DNA of 64,000 nt from Candidatus Fermentibacterota bacterium (GTDB lineage: Bacteria; Fermentibacterota; Fermentibacteria; Fermentibacterales; JCC-6), in the NCBI GenBank assembly GCA_963845085.1, contig CAWJQI010000004.1:416001-480000 (forward strand), read 5' to 3'. Both the position numbers and the translations under genes were made by a program. The stretch's first letter is position 1. Every line of letters starts with the position of its first letter. The notes beneath the pieces were generated by a model. That model was not told the origin of the DNA. It worked only from the letters and a program-made list of their open reading frames with translations, and searched no databases. Below, one piece after another: positions 51,645-62,744 of this stretch.

Positions 51645-52460
51645 TTATCGCCGGAACGGCATCTTGACGAGATCCAGCGCCCTGCGCAGGGGGCGCGTGG
51701 CCCTCCAGCAGAAGGAGCCCCTGATGTCGTTGTACCTTTTTTCGAATTCCCGGCTCCGCTCCAGGGCAATCTCCATGTTCCGTCTGTACATGCGGTTTTC
51801 ACTGAGAAGCAGTTCGATGCTTCTGTCGGAAACCGTTGCCCCGTCCCCGGGATCAATACCGGCCGACCAGCAGGCAGGCGGTACCCTCCTTCTGCAAAGG
51901 TCGGCGCCGGTGATCTTTCTGGCGGGATCGTCATGGTTGTAATGGGCCACGAGCCTTCGGTTGAAACCGGGTTCGCCGAGCGGTTCCTCGACGATGTAGA
52001 ATGCGTTCGGCTTTCTTCCCATCCAGGAATCCAGCTTCTCGGGCGTTACCGGGTCCTGCAGGTGGCCTGACTCCCCCCCGGCGGGCCACATGTAGGGCAC
52101 CGAAACTATGATTTGAGAACCGAGTTCGAGAAGCTTGCCGGCAAACGCTTTCACATCTTCATCGGAAAGGTGTTCAAGCACCTGGAGGCAGAGCACGAGG
52201 TCGTATGACCTGTCGGGTTTCCATTCAAGGAAATCCGCCCTGACCGGTACAACTCCGGGAGCGGTGTAGGGGTTGTCGATGTCCAGAGATGTTTTCGAGC
52301 CGACCCAGTGGAACCAGTCAAGATAGCCGCAACTCCTGGAGCCGACATCGATGAGTGAGCCGGCATCAGCCGCGACCACGCTTGCAAGCTGAAACACGCA
52401 CCTGTAATAGAGCATGTCCTGCCTGTCGGCCCAGTAGCCTGTTCCTGCTGTTTCGCTCAT
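51645..52460 (-). CDS. Putative methyltransferase with C-terminal coiled-coil
   Basis: LIDVGS and YDLVLCLQVLEH; C-terminal WRATRPLR tail typical of polysaccharide-modifying enzymes. Confidence 0.7.
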   Translation of the reverse strand: MSETAGTGYWADRQDMLYYRCVFQLASVVAADAGSLIDVGSRSCGYLDWFHWVGSKTSLDIDNPYTAPGVVPVRADFLEWKPDRSYDLVLCLQVLEHLSDEDVKAFAGKLLELGSQIIVSVPYMWPAGGESGHLQDPVTPEKLDSWMGRKPNAFYIVEEPLGEPGFNRRLVAHYNHDDPARKITGADLCRRRVPPACWSAGIDPGDGATVSDRSIELLLSENRMYRRNMEIALERSREFEKRYNDIRGSFCWRATRPLRRALDLVKMPFRR

Positions 52461-52637
52461 GCTTCCACCATACCGGGACCCCGATTCAAGTGAATACCGC
52501 TCATTCAAACAGGTTATTGAATCATATCGGGATGCAACGAAAAAACAACCTCCGATAAACGCCCGACATGAAGCGGAGACGACTGGCATGCAATGAGTTT
52601 CCTGAGCCTGCGCGATGGGGCGGGCACGGGCCGGGAA

Positions 52638-53291
52638 TCAGTTGAAGTCCACGACGTCGCCGGTGACCGTGAAGATCACTCTCTCACAGATGTTGATGAC
52701 CCGGTCGCCGACCCTTTCGAGATTGTGGGCAACCCAGTCAAGAAGCATGCACTGCTCGATGTTCGAGGGACGCTCCATCACGAATGTCAACAACTCGCGG
52801 TGCACCTGCCTGAACAGAATGTCTATCTGCATGTCCCGTGTCGGGATCTCCCGGGCCGCCTGCTGATCACCTTCGGTGAACGCCCTCAGGGCGTCCTCAA
52901 GCATTGCCGTGGCGATGTCGCCCATCCTGGGGATGTCCACCAGGGGTTTGATGAGGGGTGTGTTTCCGATGTTAACGCTGATCCTGGCGATTCCCTTGGC
53001 GTAGTCACCGATGCGCTCAACCTCGTTCGTTATCTCCAGAACGCTGAAGATGAAGCGCAGATCACCTGCGACCGGCTGCTGGGTGGCAACAAGCCTGAGG
53101 CAGTGCTCTTCAATGTCCCAGCACTTGTGGTTCACCTGCTCGTCTGATTCGATTATGAGTGCCGCGCCCTTCATGTCCCTGTCGCCCAGATACTTGATGG
53201 AATCGCGGATGTTCCTTTTCACGAGTTCCACCACCGAAGTCATCTGGTTCTTCAGATCCGCGAGCTCAAGCTGATACTGCTCCCTGCCCAT
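52638..53291 (-). CDS. phoU: Phosphate signaling complex protein PhoU
   Basis: QQPVAGDLR, ERIGDYA, LERVGD. Confidence 0.95.
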   Translation of the reverse strand: MGREQYQLELADLKNQMTSVVELVKRNIRDSIKYLGDRDMKGAALIIESDEQVNHKCWDIEEHCLRLVATQQPVAGDLRFIFSVLEITNEVERIGDYAKGIARISVNIGNTPLIKPLVDIPRMGDIATAMLEDALRAFTEGDQQAAREIPTRDMQIDILFRQVHRELLTFVMERPSNIEQCMLLDWVAHNLERVGDRVINICERVIFTVTGDVVDFN

Positions 53292-53303
53292 CGTGCTTCT
53301 CCT

Positions 53304-54071
53304 TTATCCGAACCGGCCCGTGATGTAGTCTTCCGTCCTCCGGTCCGAGGGGGAGGTGAAGATCTTTTTCGTAGGCCCGAATTCCACCATGTTCCCTGCC
53401 CTTTTCTCATCAGTGAGAAGAAATGCCGTGAAATCGGATACCCGGGCCGCCTGCTGCATGTTGTGGGTCACGATCACGATCGTGTAGTTCTCCTTCAGGG
53501 AGTTCATCAACTCCTCGATCTTGATTGTAGCAACGGGATCAAGTGCCGACGCAGGCTCATCCATGAGAATGACCTCGGGGGACACCGCAATGGCGCGGGC
53601 TATGCACAGCCTCTGCTGCTGTCCGCCGGACAGCGACATGGCGGACTTGTGCAGCTGGTCCTTCACCTCGTCCCAAAGGGCGGCCCTGGTCAGGCTTTCT
53701 TCTGCAATCTCCGCGAGTTTCGAGCGGTTCTTCGTTCCGTGGACTCTCGGACCGTAGGTCACATTGTCGAAAACCGACTTGGGAAATGGGTTGGGGCGCT
53801 GAAAGACCATCCCGACCCTTCTTCTCAGGTCAACCACATCCTCCCTGAATATGTCGCTTCCATCGAGCAGTACGGTTCCCTCCGTCCGGACGCCGGGGAT
53901 CAGCTCGTTCATCCTGTTGAAGCTTCGAAGCAGTGTGCTCTTGCCGCACCCCGAGGGACCTATGAATGCGGTGATCCTGTTGGCAGGTATTGCAATGCTA
54001 ATGTTGTTCAAAGCCCTGAATTCGCCGTAGAAGAGCGAGTAGTCACGGGTCGTTAGCCTGACCTGTTCCAT
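53304..54071 (-). CDS. pstB: Phosphate ABC transporter ATP-binding protein
   Basis: [33 protein letters not shown]. Confidence 0.97.
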   Translation of the reverse strand: MEQVRLTTRDYSLFYGEFRALNNISIAIPANRITAFIGPSGCGKSTLLRSFNRMNELIPGVRTEGTVLLDGSDIFREDVVDLRRRVGMVFQRPNPFPKSVFDNVTYGPRVHGTKNRSKLAEIAEESLTRAALWDEVKDQLHKSAMSLSGGQQQRLCIARAIAVSPEVILMDEPASALDPVATIKIEELMNSLKENYTIVIVTHNMQQAARVSDFTAFLLTDEKRAGNMVEFGPTKKIFTSPSDRRTEDYITGRFG

Positions 54072-54074
54072 GGG

Positions 54075-54923
54075 CTACCTCGCATCCCGGGTGATTCGCC
54101 GGGAGATCATGTTGATGGAAAGGTTCATCAGTATCACAAGAACCACGAGCACGGCGGCTGTGGCCATGGCCTTGTCGAAAGCCCTGGTTTCCATGGCGAG
54201 GTAGTAGACATGAAGAGCCATGGAACGGCCGCTTGCCATGATCGAGGTCGGTGTTCGGTAGCTTCCGCCCAGGGTCACGAAGAAGATGGCGGTTTCACTC
54301 ACGATCCTTCCGGCTCCCAGGACGATTCCCGTCGTTATCCCTGGAAATGCCGATGGAAGGATCACCTTCCGGATGGTTTCCCATCGAGTGGCGCCAAGAG
54401 CAAGGGATCCATCGCGGTAGGAACCGGGAACAGCCTTCAGTGCTTCCTCGGTGGTTCTGATGATAACCGGAATGATGAGACAGGATCCGGCAAGGGCGGC
54501 GGACGCGAGGGAGAAACCAAGTTTCATCGCCGTGACGAACAGCGCGTAGCCGAAAAGCCCGAAGATCACCGAGGGCACTCCTGCAAGAGTTTCCACACCA
54601 AAACGTGCGGCGGAAGTGATCCTTTTCATCAACCGTGATCTGGTCTGGTCGGCATATTCGACAAGGTAGATGCCCGCCCCGACCCCCAGAGGAGTTGCCA
54701 CCAGAAGAGTGAGTAAAACCAGGTAGACCGTGGTGATGATCGTGGACTGGATGCCCCCCTCGCCGGAGAGGCCACCCCTCGGAGAGGTCGTGAAGAACTC
54801 CGGAGTGATGTCCGCGAATCCCTTGAAGACCACGTACCCCACGACGGAAATCATTATTAGAACCGCCCCGAGCCCTGCCATCCAGAAGATGGTGAAAGCG
54901 GCGTTCTGAGCCAGTTTTCTCAT
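54075..54923 (-). CDS. pstA: Phosphate ABC transporter permease
   Basis: LAGVPSVIFGLFG; SLALGATRW. Confidence 0.95.
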   Translation of the reverse strand: MRKLAQNAAFTIFWMAGLGAVLIMISVVGYVVFKGFADITPEFFTTSPRGGLSGEGGIQSTIITTVYLVLLTLLVATPLGVGAGIYLVEYADQTRSRLMKRITSAARFGVETLAGVPSVIFGLFGYALFVTAMKLGFSLASAALAGSCLIIPVIIRTTEEALKAVPGSYRDGSLALGATRWETIRKVILPSAFPGITTGIVLGAGRIVSETAIFFVTLGGSYRTPTSIMASGRSMALHVYYLAMETRAFDKAMATAAVLVVLVILMNLSINMISRRITRDAR

Positions 54924-55837
54924 CCGTTCCTCCCGCCCGCAACGCCTGCCTTCAAAAGCCCCCTGGCGCTGGCATTCACAATCATGATCAGAACGAAGAG
55001 AACGACGCCGGTCGCGAAGAGGGCGCTCTCATGAATTCCGGTGGCATACGAGATCTCAACGGCGATGTTTCCGGTCAGGGTTCGAGCGCGGCTGAGGAAG
55101 ATCGATGCGGGGTTGCCGTTGACCGGGGCAGGCATGATCACGGAGTTGCCGATCACCATTATCATGGCGATGGTTTCCCCCAGCGCCCGCCCGAGCCCGA
55201 GAACCACTGCGCTGAGTATTCCCGAACGGGCCGCTGGAATGTTGACCCTCCGGATGGTTTCCCATCTCGTTGCGCCGAGAGCCAGGGATCCGTCGACGTA
55301 GCTTCTCGGAACGCTCCTGAGTGCGCATTCCGCAACGGTGGCGATGGTCGGCAGTATCATCACGGCGAGAACCATCGATGCCGCGAGCAGGCCGAATCCT
55401 GCGTTCCCGGGCACATCGATCCCTCTGATCAGGGGAACGATGACAACCATCCCGAACAGCCCGAAAACAACCGAAGGAATGCCCGCAAGCAGTTCAACCG
55501 AAGGCCTGACGATCCCCGCCATCCACTTCGGCGCCACTTCGGCGAGGAACACGGCGCACCCCAGTGCAAGGGGTACGCCGATCAGTACCGAGCCAAGGGT
55601 CACGAGGCCGGAACCAGCAATCATCGCAAGCATGCCGTAGGATTCCTGGCCGGGGCGCCAGACCTTCCCTGTGAGCATGTTGATCGGACCCATGCCCCGA
55701 AGGGCTGGCATCGCTTCCTTCAGGGTGAAGAGCGCGATGAGGAACACGATGACCACTGATGACACGGCCGAGACGAACAGGACTATCCTCATGGCCCTCT
55801 CGACTCTGTGCCTGCCCGCCGACCCTTCGTGAGACAC
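54920..55837 (-). CDS. pstC: Phosphate ABC transporter permease
   Basis: ELLAGIPSVVFG; GRALGETIA. Confidence 0.95.
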   Translation of the reverse strand: MSHEGSAGRHRVERAMRIVLFVSAVSSVVIVFLIALFTLKEAMPALRGMGPINMLTGKVWRPGQESYGMLAMIAGSGLVTLGSVLIGVPLALGCAVFLAEVAPKWMAGIVRPSVELLAGIPSVVFGLFGMVVIVPLIRGIDVPGNAGFGLLAASMVLAVMILPTIATVAECALRSVPRSYVDGSLALGATRWETIRRVNIPAARSGILSAVVLGLGRALGETIAMIMVIGNSVIMPAPVNGNPASIFLSRARTLTGNIAVEISYATGIHESALFATGVVLFVLIMIVNASARGLLKAGVAGGRNG

Positions 55838-55852
55838 TTCGATATCCTGTTC

Positions 55853-56703
55853 TCAGTTGATTGGAAGGTAGCCCTCGGCCACCACAATGGCCTGGCCGTC
55901 CTCGCTGACTATGAAATCGAGCCATTCGGCCACTGCGCCCAGGGGCTCACCGTCGGTGACCATGTTGAGGGGTCTTGAAACCGGGTAGCTGCCGTTTGCA
56001 ACGTTTTCGGGAGTGGGTTCGGCGCCGTCGATCGAGATGGTCTTCACCGATGCATCGATATAGCCGAAGGAAAGATAGGCCACGGCTCCGGGCGTTGTGC
56101 TGCAGGTGGTCCTCACGGCACCGTTGGAGGGCTGGAGAATGGCACTTTCCGCCATGAGCACTTCCTCACCGAGAACGAGCTCTTCGAAGGCGCCGCGGGT
56201 GCCTGAGCCTTCCTCGCGCGATACCACGATGACCGGCATGTCAGGGCCGCCGACCTGGTTCCAGTTCGTAACGACACCGGAAAAGACATCGCGGCACTGG
56301 TCCATCGTAAGCGCATCAACAGCAACACCGGGTTCCACAACAATTGCAATTCCATCGTTCGCTATGGTGTGGACCACCATGCCCGGGAACTCCTCGAACT
56401 CCGAGGCCTTGATGTTCCTTGAAGCCATGCCTATCTGGGCGCTGCCGTCACAGGCGCTCTTGACTCCGACGCTGCTCCCGCCGCCGCTGACCGTGATCGT
56501 GACTTCCGGGTGAAGAACCTCGAAGGCCTCTCCAAGAACCTCTGCCAGAGGCTGAACCGTGGTGGAACCCACCACGCTTATCTCACCGCTGAGTGCCGCG
56601 GTGGAGTCGGGGCTGGCTCCTTCGGTCACCGGTTGGGGCTGTTCTCCGCATGCTGCCGCAAGGCCAGAAGCAGTGTCGAAAGTATTGCTGCTGCCGTTTT
56701 CAT
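55853..56703 (-). CDS. pstS: Phosphate-binding lipoprotein PstS (1-nt frameshift in the signal peptide near 56660)
   Basis: GSTTVQP, GGGSSVG, REEGSGTRGAF; signal MKTAAAILSTLLLAL and lipobox AAAC are in different frames. Confidence 0.9.
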
Positions 56704-56736
56704 TTTTGTTCCGTTCCGTTATTTCCGTTTGGCGGA

Positions 56737-57801
56737 CTAGAAGTTCATCCGCCAGTTGAGGTACATGTTCGTGTAGCCATCGATTTCCTCGTTTTCGAAG
56801 CCGTAGTTGCGGGCTCCGAGCATCAGGGTGTTCCTGCTGCCGGTGAGGTCCATGGCCACACAGAAGTCGATCGCGTTCACATTATTCTCGGGCTCTTCGG
56901 CACCCTCGGCAAGGGTGGTGGAGGGGTTCACCATGTCGTACCTGACGGCTGGACGAACCGCTCTGACGAAGCCCTCGCCAACGGCGAACTCAGCGGCGGC
57001 GGCCATGGTCATGCAGGATCCGTCGGTCATCTCCATGCCCTCTTCTTCAGCACCGGTGCGGCCCAGCATGGCGTACTCGCCCTCGAAGAAGAGCTTTGCG
57101 GTCTCGCCCATCGGGTAGTTGACGACTGCGAATAAGTCGATGCCGCTGCTGCTCCAGCTCTCAGTGGTGCCGGTGCTGTCCTCGATCTCGGGCTGGCCGA
57201 TGGTGGTGTAGGCGCCGCCGAAGGTGATCCACTCCGCCGCCTCGACGCTGGCCCTGGCCGCGAACTGGTTGTTCTCGTCGTTGTCGGAGATGGTGTTGTT
57301 GCCTGTGCCGTTGAACAGCGCCAGGTCGACGGTGACGGGTTCGAATGAGGCCACCAGGCAGATGCCGTTGTCACGTGCCGCGTAGTTCTTGTAGTCGCCG
57401 ACGCTGGTGATGTGGGCCCTGTCCGCGAAGTACATGCTGCTGCTGGAGCGGGTGTTGGCGTAGCCGAAGGGAACCTTGAACTGCCCGCCCATCAGGGACA
57501 GGTTCCCGGTGAAGTTGAGGTTGATGAACAAATCCGCGAGCTTGACGTTACCGTTGCTGCTGGAAAGCTCCAGGTTGATCTTGCCGTTAACGAAGTCGTT
57601 CAGTTTGGGAAGCCAGTCGATGGTGAAGAACGAGGACATGTTGTTCTCAGGATTTATCTCTTCCTGACCAAGGAAATCCCATCGAAAATAGCCTGTTCCC
57701 TTGAACGTGAGCAGCTCGGCACCACCGGTGCTGAATTCGCCCGAGGCGAAGGATGCTGCTGCAGAAAGAACAGCAAGAGTAGCCATAATGCCGGACTTCA
57801 T
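56737..57801 (-). CDS. Outer-membrane porin, phosphate-selective OprO/OprP-like
   Basis: Signal peptide, GQFKVPFG, RDNG, FNG, C-terminal Phe; first gene of the pst operon. Confidence 0.75.
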   Translation of the reverse strand: MKSGIMATLAVLSAAASFASGEFSTGGAELLTFKGTGYFRWDFLGQEEINPENNMSSFFTIDWLPKLNDFVNGKINLELSSSNGNVKLADLFINLNFTGNLSLMGGQFKVPFGYANTRSSSSMYFADRAHITSVGDYKNYAARDNGICLVASFEPVTVDLALFNGTGNNTISDNDENNQFAARASVEAAEWITFGGAYTTIGQPEIEDSTGTTESWSSSGIDLFAVVNYPMGETAKLFFEGEYAMLGRTGAEEEGMEMTDGSCMTMAAAAEFAVGEGFVRAVRPAVRYDMVNPSTTLAEGAEEPENNVNAIDFCVAMDLTGSRNTLMLGARNYGFENEEIDGYTNMYLNWRMNF

Positions 57802-57867
57802 GTTGTTTTCACCTTTCGATTGTTCCTGTTCGGCACCCGCCGTGCCGGAGGTAAGATCAGGTCGAAA

Positions 57868-57907
57868 AGTTAAGGGGGTATTCAGCCTTTGTTGTGAAAA
57901 CGTTAAG
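57868..57907 (-). promoter_or_regulatory. Pho-box-like array (four direct repeats, 11-bp period)
   Basis: CTTAAC/CACAAC/CTGAAT/CTTAAC spaced exactly 11 bp apart upstream of the porin-pst operon. Confidence 0.65.
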
Positions 57908-59627
57908 AAACGGCTTCCGGAGTTTGGGGTGCAGCAGGCAGTGACACCGTGAAGATCGTGCCGGCGCCTGGCGTGCTGTCCACCCTTACCGAGCCCCCGG
58001 TGCCCTCAACGATGTGTTTCACGATTGCGAGCCCGAGGCCGGTGCCGCCGACCCTGCGGGAACGGGAGCGGTCCACGACGTAGAATCGTTCGAACAACCG
58101 GGGCAGGTGTTCCGGGGCGATTCCCGGCCCTGTGTCGGAAACGGCAATGGCGACAGTGTCTGCATAACGCTGCGCACTGACAAGAATCCGGCCGGAGTCC
58201 GTGTATCTCAGGGCATTTTCCAGAAGGTTCACCAGCACCTGTTCAAGCCTGTACCTGTCAACAGCCACCGCAAGCGCCGGGTCGTCCTGCTCGACTTCGA
58301 GCAGAAGCCCTTTCTGCGCGATGCCTGCCCTGAAGAGGGGAAGCACTGTATCGAGGGCATCCTTCACGAGAACCCGTGAGGGTTCATCTACCACGGCAGC
58401 ATCCTCAAGCTCGGAGAGTGTCTGGATGTCCCTCACGAGGTTTATCATCCGGTCGGCATTCCTCGCGATCACCCGCAGGAGTGGTTCCGGGTCGTCTTCG
58501 GAATGTTCCAGCAGTGTCTCGGTGTACCCTTTGATGGCCGTCAGGGGTGTTCTCAGTTCGTGCGCAGCATTGATGGTGAAATCACGCTTCATCTTCCCCA
58601 GCAGCTCTTCTCCGGTGATGTCACGAAAAGAGAAAACCCTGCCGGAGGCGCCCTCGATGGGCGCGGACTCGAAGGCGATGACGGATCCGGAGCTTTCCAT
58701 CCTTCCGCTCTTTTCGCAGGTGGACATTGCTTCGGTCACCGCCGGGGGAACCCCCCTTCCATCGGGGCTTGCGCCGAACATCCTTTGAAAGGAGTCGTTC
58801 ATCATCACGACCCGCCCCCTGCCATCGGTCACCGCAAGTCCTTCAACGATGGAACGAAGAACAGCCCGGTTCGTCCTGTCGCTTTCCTTTATCTCCTGAA
58901 CCAGCTGCTGGGTTCTGGCAAGGGTTTCGTTCAGTGCAGCTGCAAGCTGCATGTGTTCGCGGGTGGTGCCGGGTGAAACCCTTGCGCCGAGATCGCCGGC
59001 CTTCACCCTGTCGGCCACCTCCGCAAGCTCCCTCAACGGCCGTGCGATCCCCCCCGCGATAAGCCAGCCGGCTGCCAGCGCAAGAAGAAGAAGAACCAGC
59101 AGCAGCACGAGGATCTTCCTTGCAAGCACTATCAGGGCGCTGTGCCAGCGATCCGTTTCGAGGCTCACGCGCATGACGGCGATGACGCTGTCGACGAAGA
59201 ACACGGGGATTGAGGCGTTGAGCATGTAAGGATCGCCGGGACCGCCCGGCGATTCGAATGTGCCTTCCCTCCCGTTGAATGCCGATATGACGTCAGGTCT
59301 CGTCCTGATGCTTTCCGGAACGGGAAGTGATGGATCACTGTCGGCAATGACCGTTCCGCTTCGATCGACCACCAGTATCCTTGCACCCATTGCTGTTCCG
59401 GCGCTTCTGACATGGCTTCTAAGCCTGGAAAAAACAGAATCGGCAACAAGGGGGGTGACGGAAGGTTCAAGGGCTCTCCCCGCCCTCGTGAGTTCGCTCA
59501 GGGAGGTGCGCCGTGCCGAGGCGTTGAACTCGCCGAGGATGACCAGCGACAGCAAAACGCACATGGCGAACACCACGACAAGGTATCCGCGGAAGATCCT
59601 GATGAAGACCGAAGGGAGGCGTTTCAT
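57903..59627 (-). CDS. phoR: Sensor histidine kinase (HAMP-PAS-HisKA-HATPase)
   Basis: AHELRTPL, NLLENALRY, FERFY, GGTGLGLAIVKH; adjacent to pst operon. Confidence 0.85.
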   Translation of the reverse strand: MKRLPSVFIRIFRGYLVVVFAMCVLLSLVILGEFNASARRTSLSELTRAGRALEPSVTPLVADSVFSRLRSHVRSAGTAMGARILVVDRSGTVIADSDPSLPVPESIRTRPDVISAFNGREGTFESPGGPGDPYMLNASIPVFFVDSVIAVMRVSLETDRWHSALIVLARKILVLLLVLLLLALAAGWLIAGGIARPLRELAEVADRVKAGDLGARVSPGTTREHMQLAAALNETLARTQQLVQEIKESDRTNRAVLRSIVEGLAVTDGRGRVVMMNDSFQRMFGASPDGRGVPPAVTEAMSTCEKSGRMESSGSVIAFESAPIEGASGRVFSFRDITGEELLGKMKRDFTINAAHELRTPLTAIKGYTETLLEHSEDDPEPLLRVIARNADRMINLVRDIQTLSELEDAAVVDEPSRVLVKDALDTVLPLFRAGIAQKGLLLEVEQDDPALAVAVDRYRLEQVLVNLLENALRYTDSGRILVSAQRYADTVAIAVSDTGPGIAPEHLPRLFERFYVVDRSRSRRVGGTGLGLAIVKHIVEGTGGSVRVDSTPGAGTIFTVSLPAAPQTPEAVS

Positions 59628-60322
59628 GTAACCAGCCTGTATCCCACGCCCCTGACGCTGTGAAGACACTTCCCCGCAGCGCCGAGTTTTTCCCGCAAGT
59701 GCGCGATGTGAACGTCTATCGTGCGTTCAAAGACGTACTTTTCGCCATCCCAGAGAAGTTCGAGCAGGCCTGCCCGTGTAAGGACCCTCCCGCCCCCCTC
59801 GACAAGTGCACCGAGGATACGGAACTCCGTCGGGGTCAGGTCTACTTGAACCCCGTCAACCGTGGCTTCGAAGGAATCAGGTCTCAGAACGATGGGACCC
59901 CACCGGCATTCCCTGGACGAATCGACATCAGGCCGCAGCCGCCTCAACACGGCCCTTGCCCTTGCCACAAGTTCTCTGGGCGAGAAGGGCTTCACCACAT
60001 AATCGTCGGCTCCCAGCTCCAGACCCAGAACCTTCTCCGTCTCGTGGCCAAGAGCCGTAAGCATGATCACCGGAACCGATGCGAGTCTCGGGGTGGAGCG
60101 GATCAACCTGCAGAGGTCGGTGCCCCTGACGTCCGGCAGCATGATGTCGAGTATGACGAGTGCAGGAACATGGTCATGAAGCCAGGACAGAAACCCTGTG
60201 CCGTCGGAAAACGTAACCACCCTGAAGCCGGCTTTCACGAGGTGCATGGCAACGAGCCCCGAGATGTCGTCTTCGTCATCGACGACCGCCACCGGGGCTT
60301 CCGGGGCTGCGACTCCGGTCAG
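59624..60322 (-). CDS. phoB: OmpR-family response regulator
   Basis: VVDDE, LDIMLP, GADDYVVKPF, RTIDVHI, VRGVGY; start uncertain (GTG 60292 or CTG 60322). Confidence 0.8.
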   Translation of the reverse strand: MTGVAAPEAPVAVVDDEDDISGLVAMHLVKAGFRVVTFSDGTGFLSWLHDHVPALVILDIMLPDVRGTDLCRLIRSTPRLASVPVIMLTALGHETEKVLGLELGADDYVVKPFSPRELVARARAVLRRLRPDVDSSRECRWGPIVLRPDSFEATVDGVQVDLTPTEFRILGALVEGGGRVLTRAGLLELLWDGEKYVFERTIDVHIAHLREKLGAAGKCLHSVRGVGYRLVT

Positions 60323-61548
60323 GCCTTCCGCCGGGGTCCGGTCTTCATGCCGAGCCGACTGGTGAGGGTATGCCATGTCTCCATCCAGAAGGGGCCCGAT
60401 TCGCCTCTGCCAATGGAACGGAACCATTCGAGGGTGATGATCCAGCCTATCGAGAGCAGGAAGGTGATGGCCGTGATCAGAAGGACCTTCGTTGTCCTCC
60501 TCGGGAAAACGCGTTCATGAGCGGGGGTCGGGGGGACAAGCACTTCGATCGTGGGGCTTTCCCTGGCCTCTTCGATTCTCAGGTTCTCAAGCTCCTGCCT
60601 GAGGAGCAGATAGACCATCCGTCTGGTCTCAACCTCAAGGTACAGTTCCTCGTAACGCCGTATCATCGACGGAAGGCTGTCAAGCGGTGGAAAGGCCGAG
60701 AGGCCGGTGCCCCCGCCTGTTATCCTCTCGTTGACCGCCTCGAGAAGGTACTCGTATTTGGCCGACGCGCGGGCCCATGATGATGAGCGCGCGGAAAGAC
60801 CGGCCGACACCGATGAGAGCTCGGACCCGGCAAGGACAAGTTCCTGCTGCATTTCCGAGATCATGGCCACCATCAGACCGCCCTGCTCCGGAAGGAGAAA
60901 ACCGGACTCGGAGCGGAAGGCCTCAAGCCTGGCGTTGGCGCTGGACAGTGAATCGCCGGCGACGGAAAGGGAACGCTCCGCTTCTATCCGTGCCCTTCTG
61001 GCCCTGCTTGTGACCATCATGGACAGCTGGTCGTTGGCAAAATCGATGAGGTCCTGAACCATGGCAGCCGATTCCTGGCGGCTGTCGGCCCTGATGGACA
61101 CGATGAGGAGGTTCTCCGGAGACAGAGCAATGGAAAGGCGCTTCTCGAACTTCTCGATCGTCCTCTCCATGTTGGGGGCGCGAAGCCTGTCGATGAGATC
61201 GTATTTCAGTATCAGCCGTTCGAGCACCGGCCTCGAGCCGAGAACCTGCTGAACGATCGTGACGTCGGTGCCGCCCGCCTGTGTCGGCAGGAGGTTTTCC
61301 AGCATGCCTCCCCCGAAACCGCTGAGGTCCATACCCATCAGGCTGCCCATCCCGAGGGAGGAGGACTGCTGACCGGGAACCATGAGAACAGCCCATGAAG
61401 CCCACTGCTTCTTCACCATCAGGGTATAGACCGATGTTGCGACGGCGACTGCGAAGCAGACCACCGCAATCTTCCTGATGTTCAGTGCCACCGACCTGAT
61501 CACCGTGGCTGTGAAGGTCTCGCTGAATACCCTTTTGTTCTCCGGCAT
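60319..61548 (-). CDS. Polysaccharide chain-length determinant (Wzz/Wzc-like, GNVR)
   Basis: Two TMs flanking a coiled-coil; Pro-rich VLVPPTPAHERVFPRR before the last TM. Confidence 0.8.
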   Translation of the reverse strand: MPENKRVFSETFTATVIRSVALNIRKIAVVCFAVAVATSVYTLMVKKQWASWAVLMVPGQQSSSLGMGSLMGMDLSGFGGGMLENLLPTQAGGTDVTIVQQVLGSRPVLERLILKYDLIDRLRAPNMERTIEKFEKRLSIALSPENLLIVSIRADSRQESAAMVQDLIDFANDQLSMMVTSRARRARIEAERSLSVAGDSLSSANARLEAFRSESGFLLPEQGGLMVAMISEMQQELVLAGSELSSVSAGLSARSSSWARASAKYEYLLEAVNERITGGGTGLSAFPPLDSLPSMIRRYEELYLEVETRRMVYLLLRQELENLRIEEARESPTIEVLVPPTPAHERVFPRRTTKVLLITAITFLLSIGWIITLEWFRSIGRGESGPFWMETWHTLTSRLGMKTGPRRKA

Positions 61549-62744
61549 CAGTTCCTCGTAAGGTTTATTATCGTTGCGGTCATTGTCACAAGGCTTGCAA
61601 GGATCACGATCGTGGTCTGGTAACGGGATTCAAGGCTGTAGGGCAGTTCGATCACATCCCCGGGTCTGGCTTCGAGGGAGAGGGCGTCGGAACCACGTGC
61701 AACCACGCCGCCCATCCTGGACAGTATGGTCTGGTGGATCCTGCCGTTCTGGATAACGCCCCCGGCCATGTCAATACAGTCCCTCACCGTCATCCCGCTG
61801 CGGTACAGCACGTATCCGGGGTCGGCAACGGCCCCGGCAACGTGTACCTGGTTGCCCATGATGGCCAGTCTGAGAGTGTCTCCGGGAAGAACCGGGGTCT
61901 GTATCAATCCCTCCGTGCCGTTCCAGACCGGGTACTCAACGCCTCCCGATACAAGAACGCATCCGGAGAGGTCAATCCTGCCCTCGGGGCCTCCGGTGCG
62001 GGCCAGAAAACCTGCGACCGTCTCCCCTTCGACCGAATCCCATGCCTCCACCTGGTGCCTTGCGGTGGACAGGATCGTTCCGTCGGAGGACATGAGAAGT
62101 TCTCCGGGTCTGGCAAGGAATACCGGGTTCTGTGCCACCGGGATTACCACAGAGGCGCCGTTGACAAGATACGGGTCGCTTATCGGCTGCCCGTCCGGCC
62201 CGAAGGAAAGGTCAACGCCTGTCTCGGTTCCGTCGGGCAGGTGCATGACGCCGCGCCTGGAACCGTAGGGGGTCACACCGCCCGCCGCAAGCACAAGATC
62301 GGACACCCTCTGAATGGACTTGAGCGTATACTGGCCGGTCCTTTCGACCATGCCGGAGATCCAGACGCTCAAAGCCCTCGGCTCCGTCAGGGAAAGACCG
62401 ATCCTGAGCCCCGGATAGTACCTTCTCGCAAGTGCAACAAGCTGCCGCTGTGCTTCTTCCAGCGACATGCCGTCGACCTGTATCTGGCCAACGCCCGGCA
62501 TCTGGAGATGCCCGTCGCCCGAAACCTGGCACACCGCTACGGGAAGAAGGCCGGACAGGATCATCAGATCGTTGCAGCCCCCCTCTATCACAACGGTGAG
62601 AACATCTCCGGGGCCGAGCAGGTACGCGTCCCGTGACAGGGTTTCAGAGTAGCCGGCCACCGGGCTTACCGTATCAACAGGCGCAGTTGTGACGGGCAGC
62701 TGCAGAACAATGGTCAGACCGAGGAAGAACATGGTGAAGCTCAT
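61548..62744 (-). CDS. Polysaccharide export protein (Wza-like, SLBB domains)
   Basis: [30 protein letters not shown]. Confidence 0.85.
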   Translation of the reverse strand: MSFTMFFLGLTIVLQLPVTTAPVDTVSPVAGYSETLSRDAYLLGPGDVLTVVIEGGCNDLMILSGLLPVAVCQVSGDGHLQMPGVGQIQVDGMSLEEAQRQLVALARRYYPGLRIGLSLTEPRALSVWISGMVERTGQYTLKSIQRVSDLVLAAGGVTPYGSRRGVMHLPDGTETGVDLSFGPDGQPISDPYLVNGASVVIPVAQNPVFLARPGELLMSSDGTILSTARHQVEAWDSVEGETVAGFLARTGGPEGRIDLSGCVLVSGGVEYPVWNGTEGLIQTPVLPGDTLRLAIMGNQVHVAGAVADPGYVLYRSGMTVRDCIDMAGGVIQNGRIHQTILSRMGGVVARGSDALSLEARPGDVIELPYSLESRYQTTIVILASLVTMTATIINLTRN

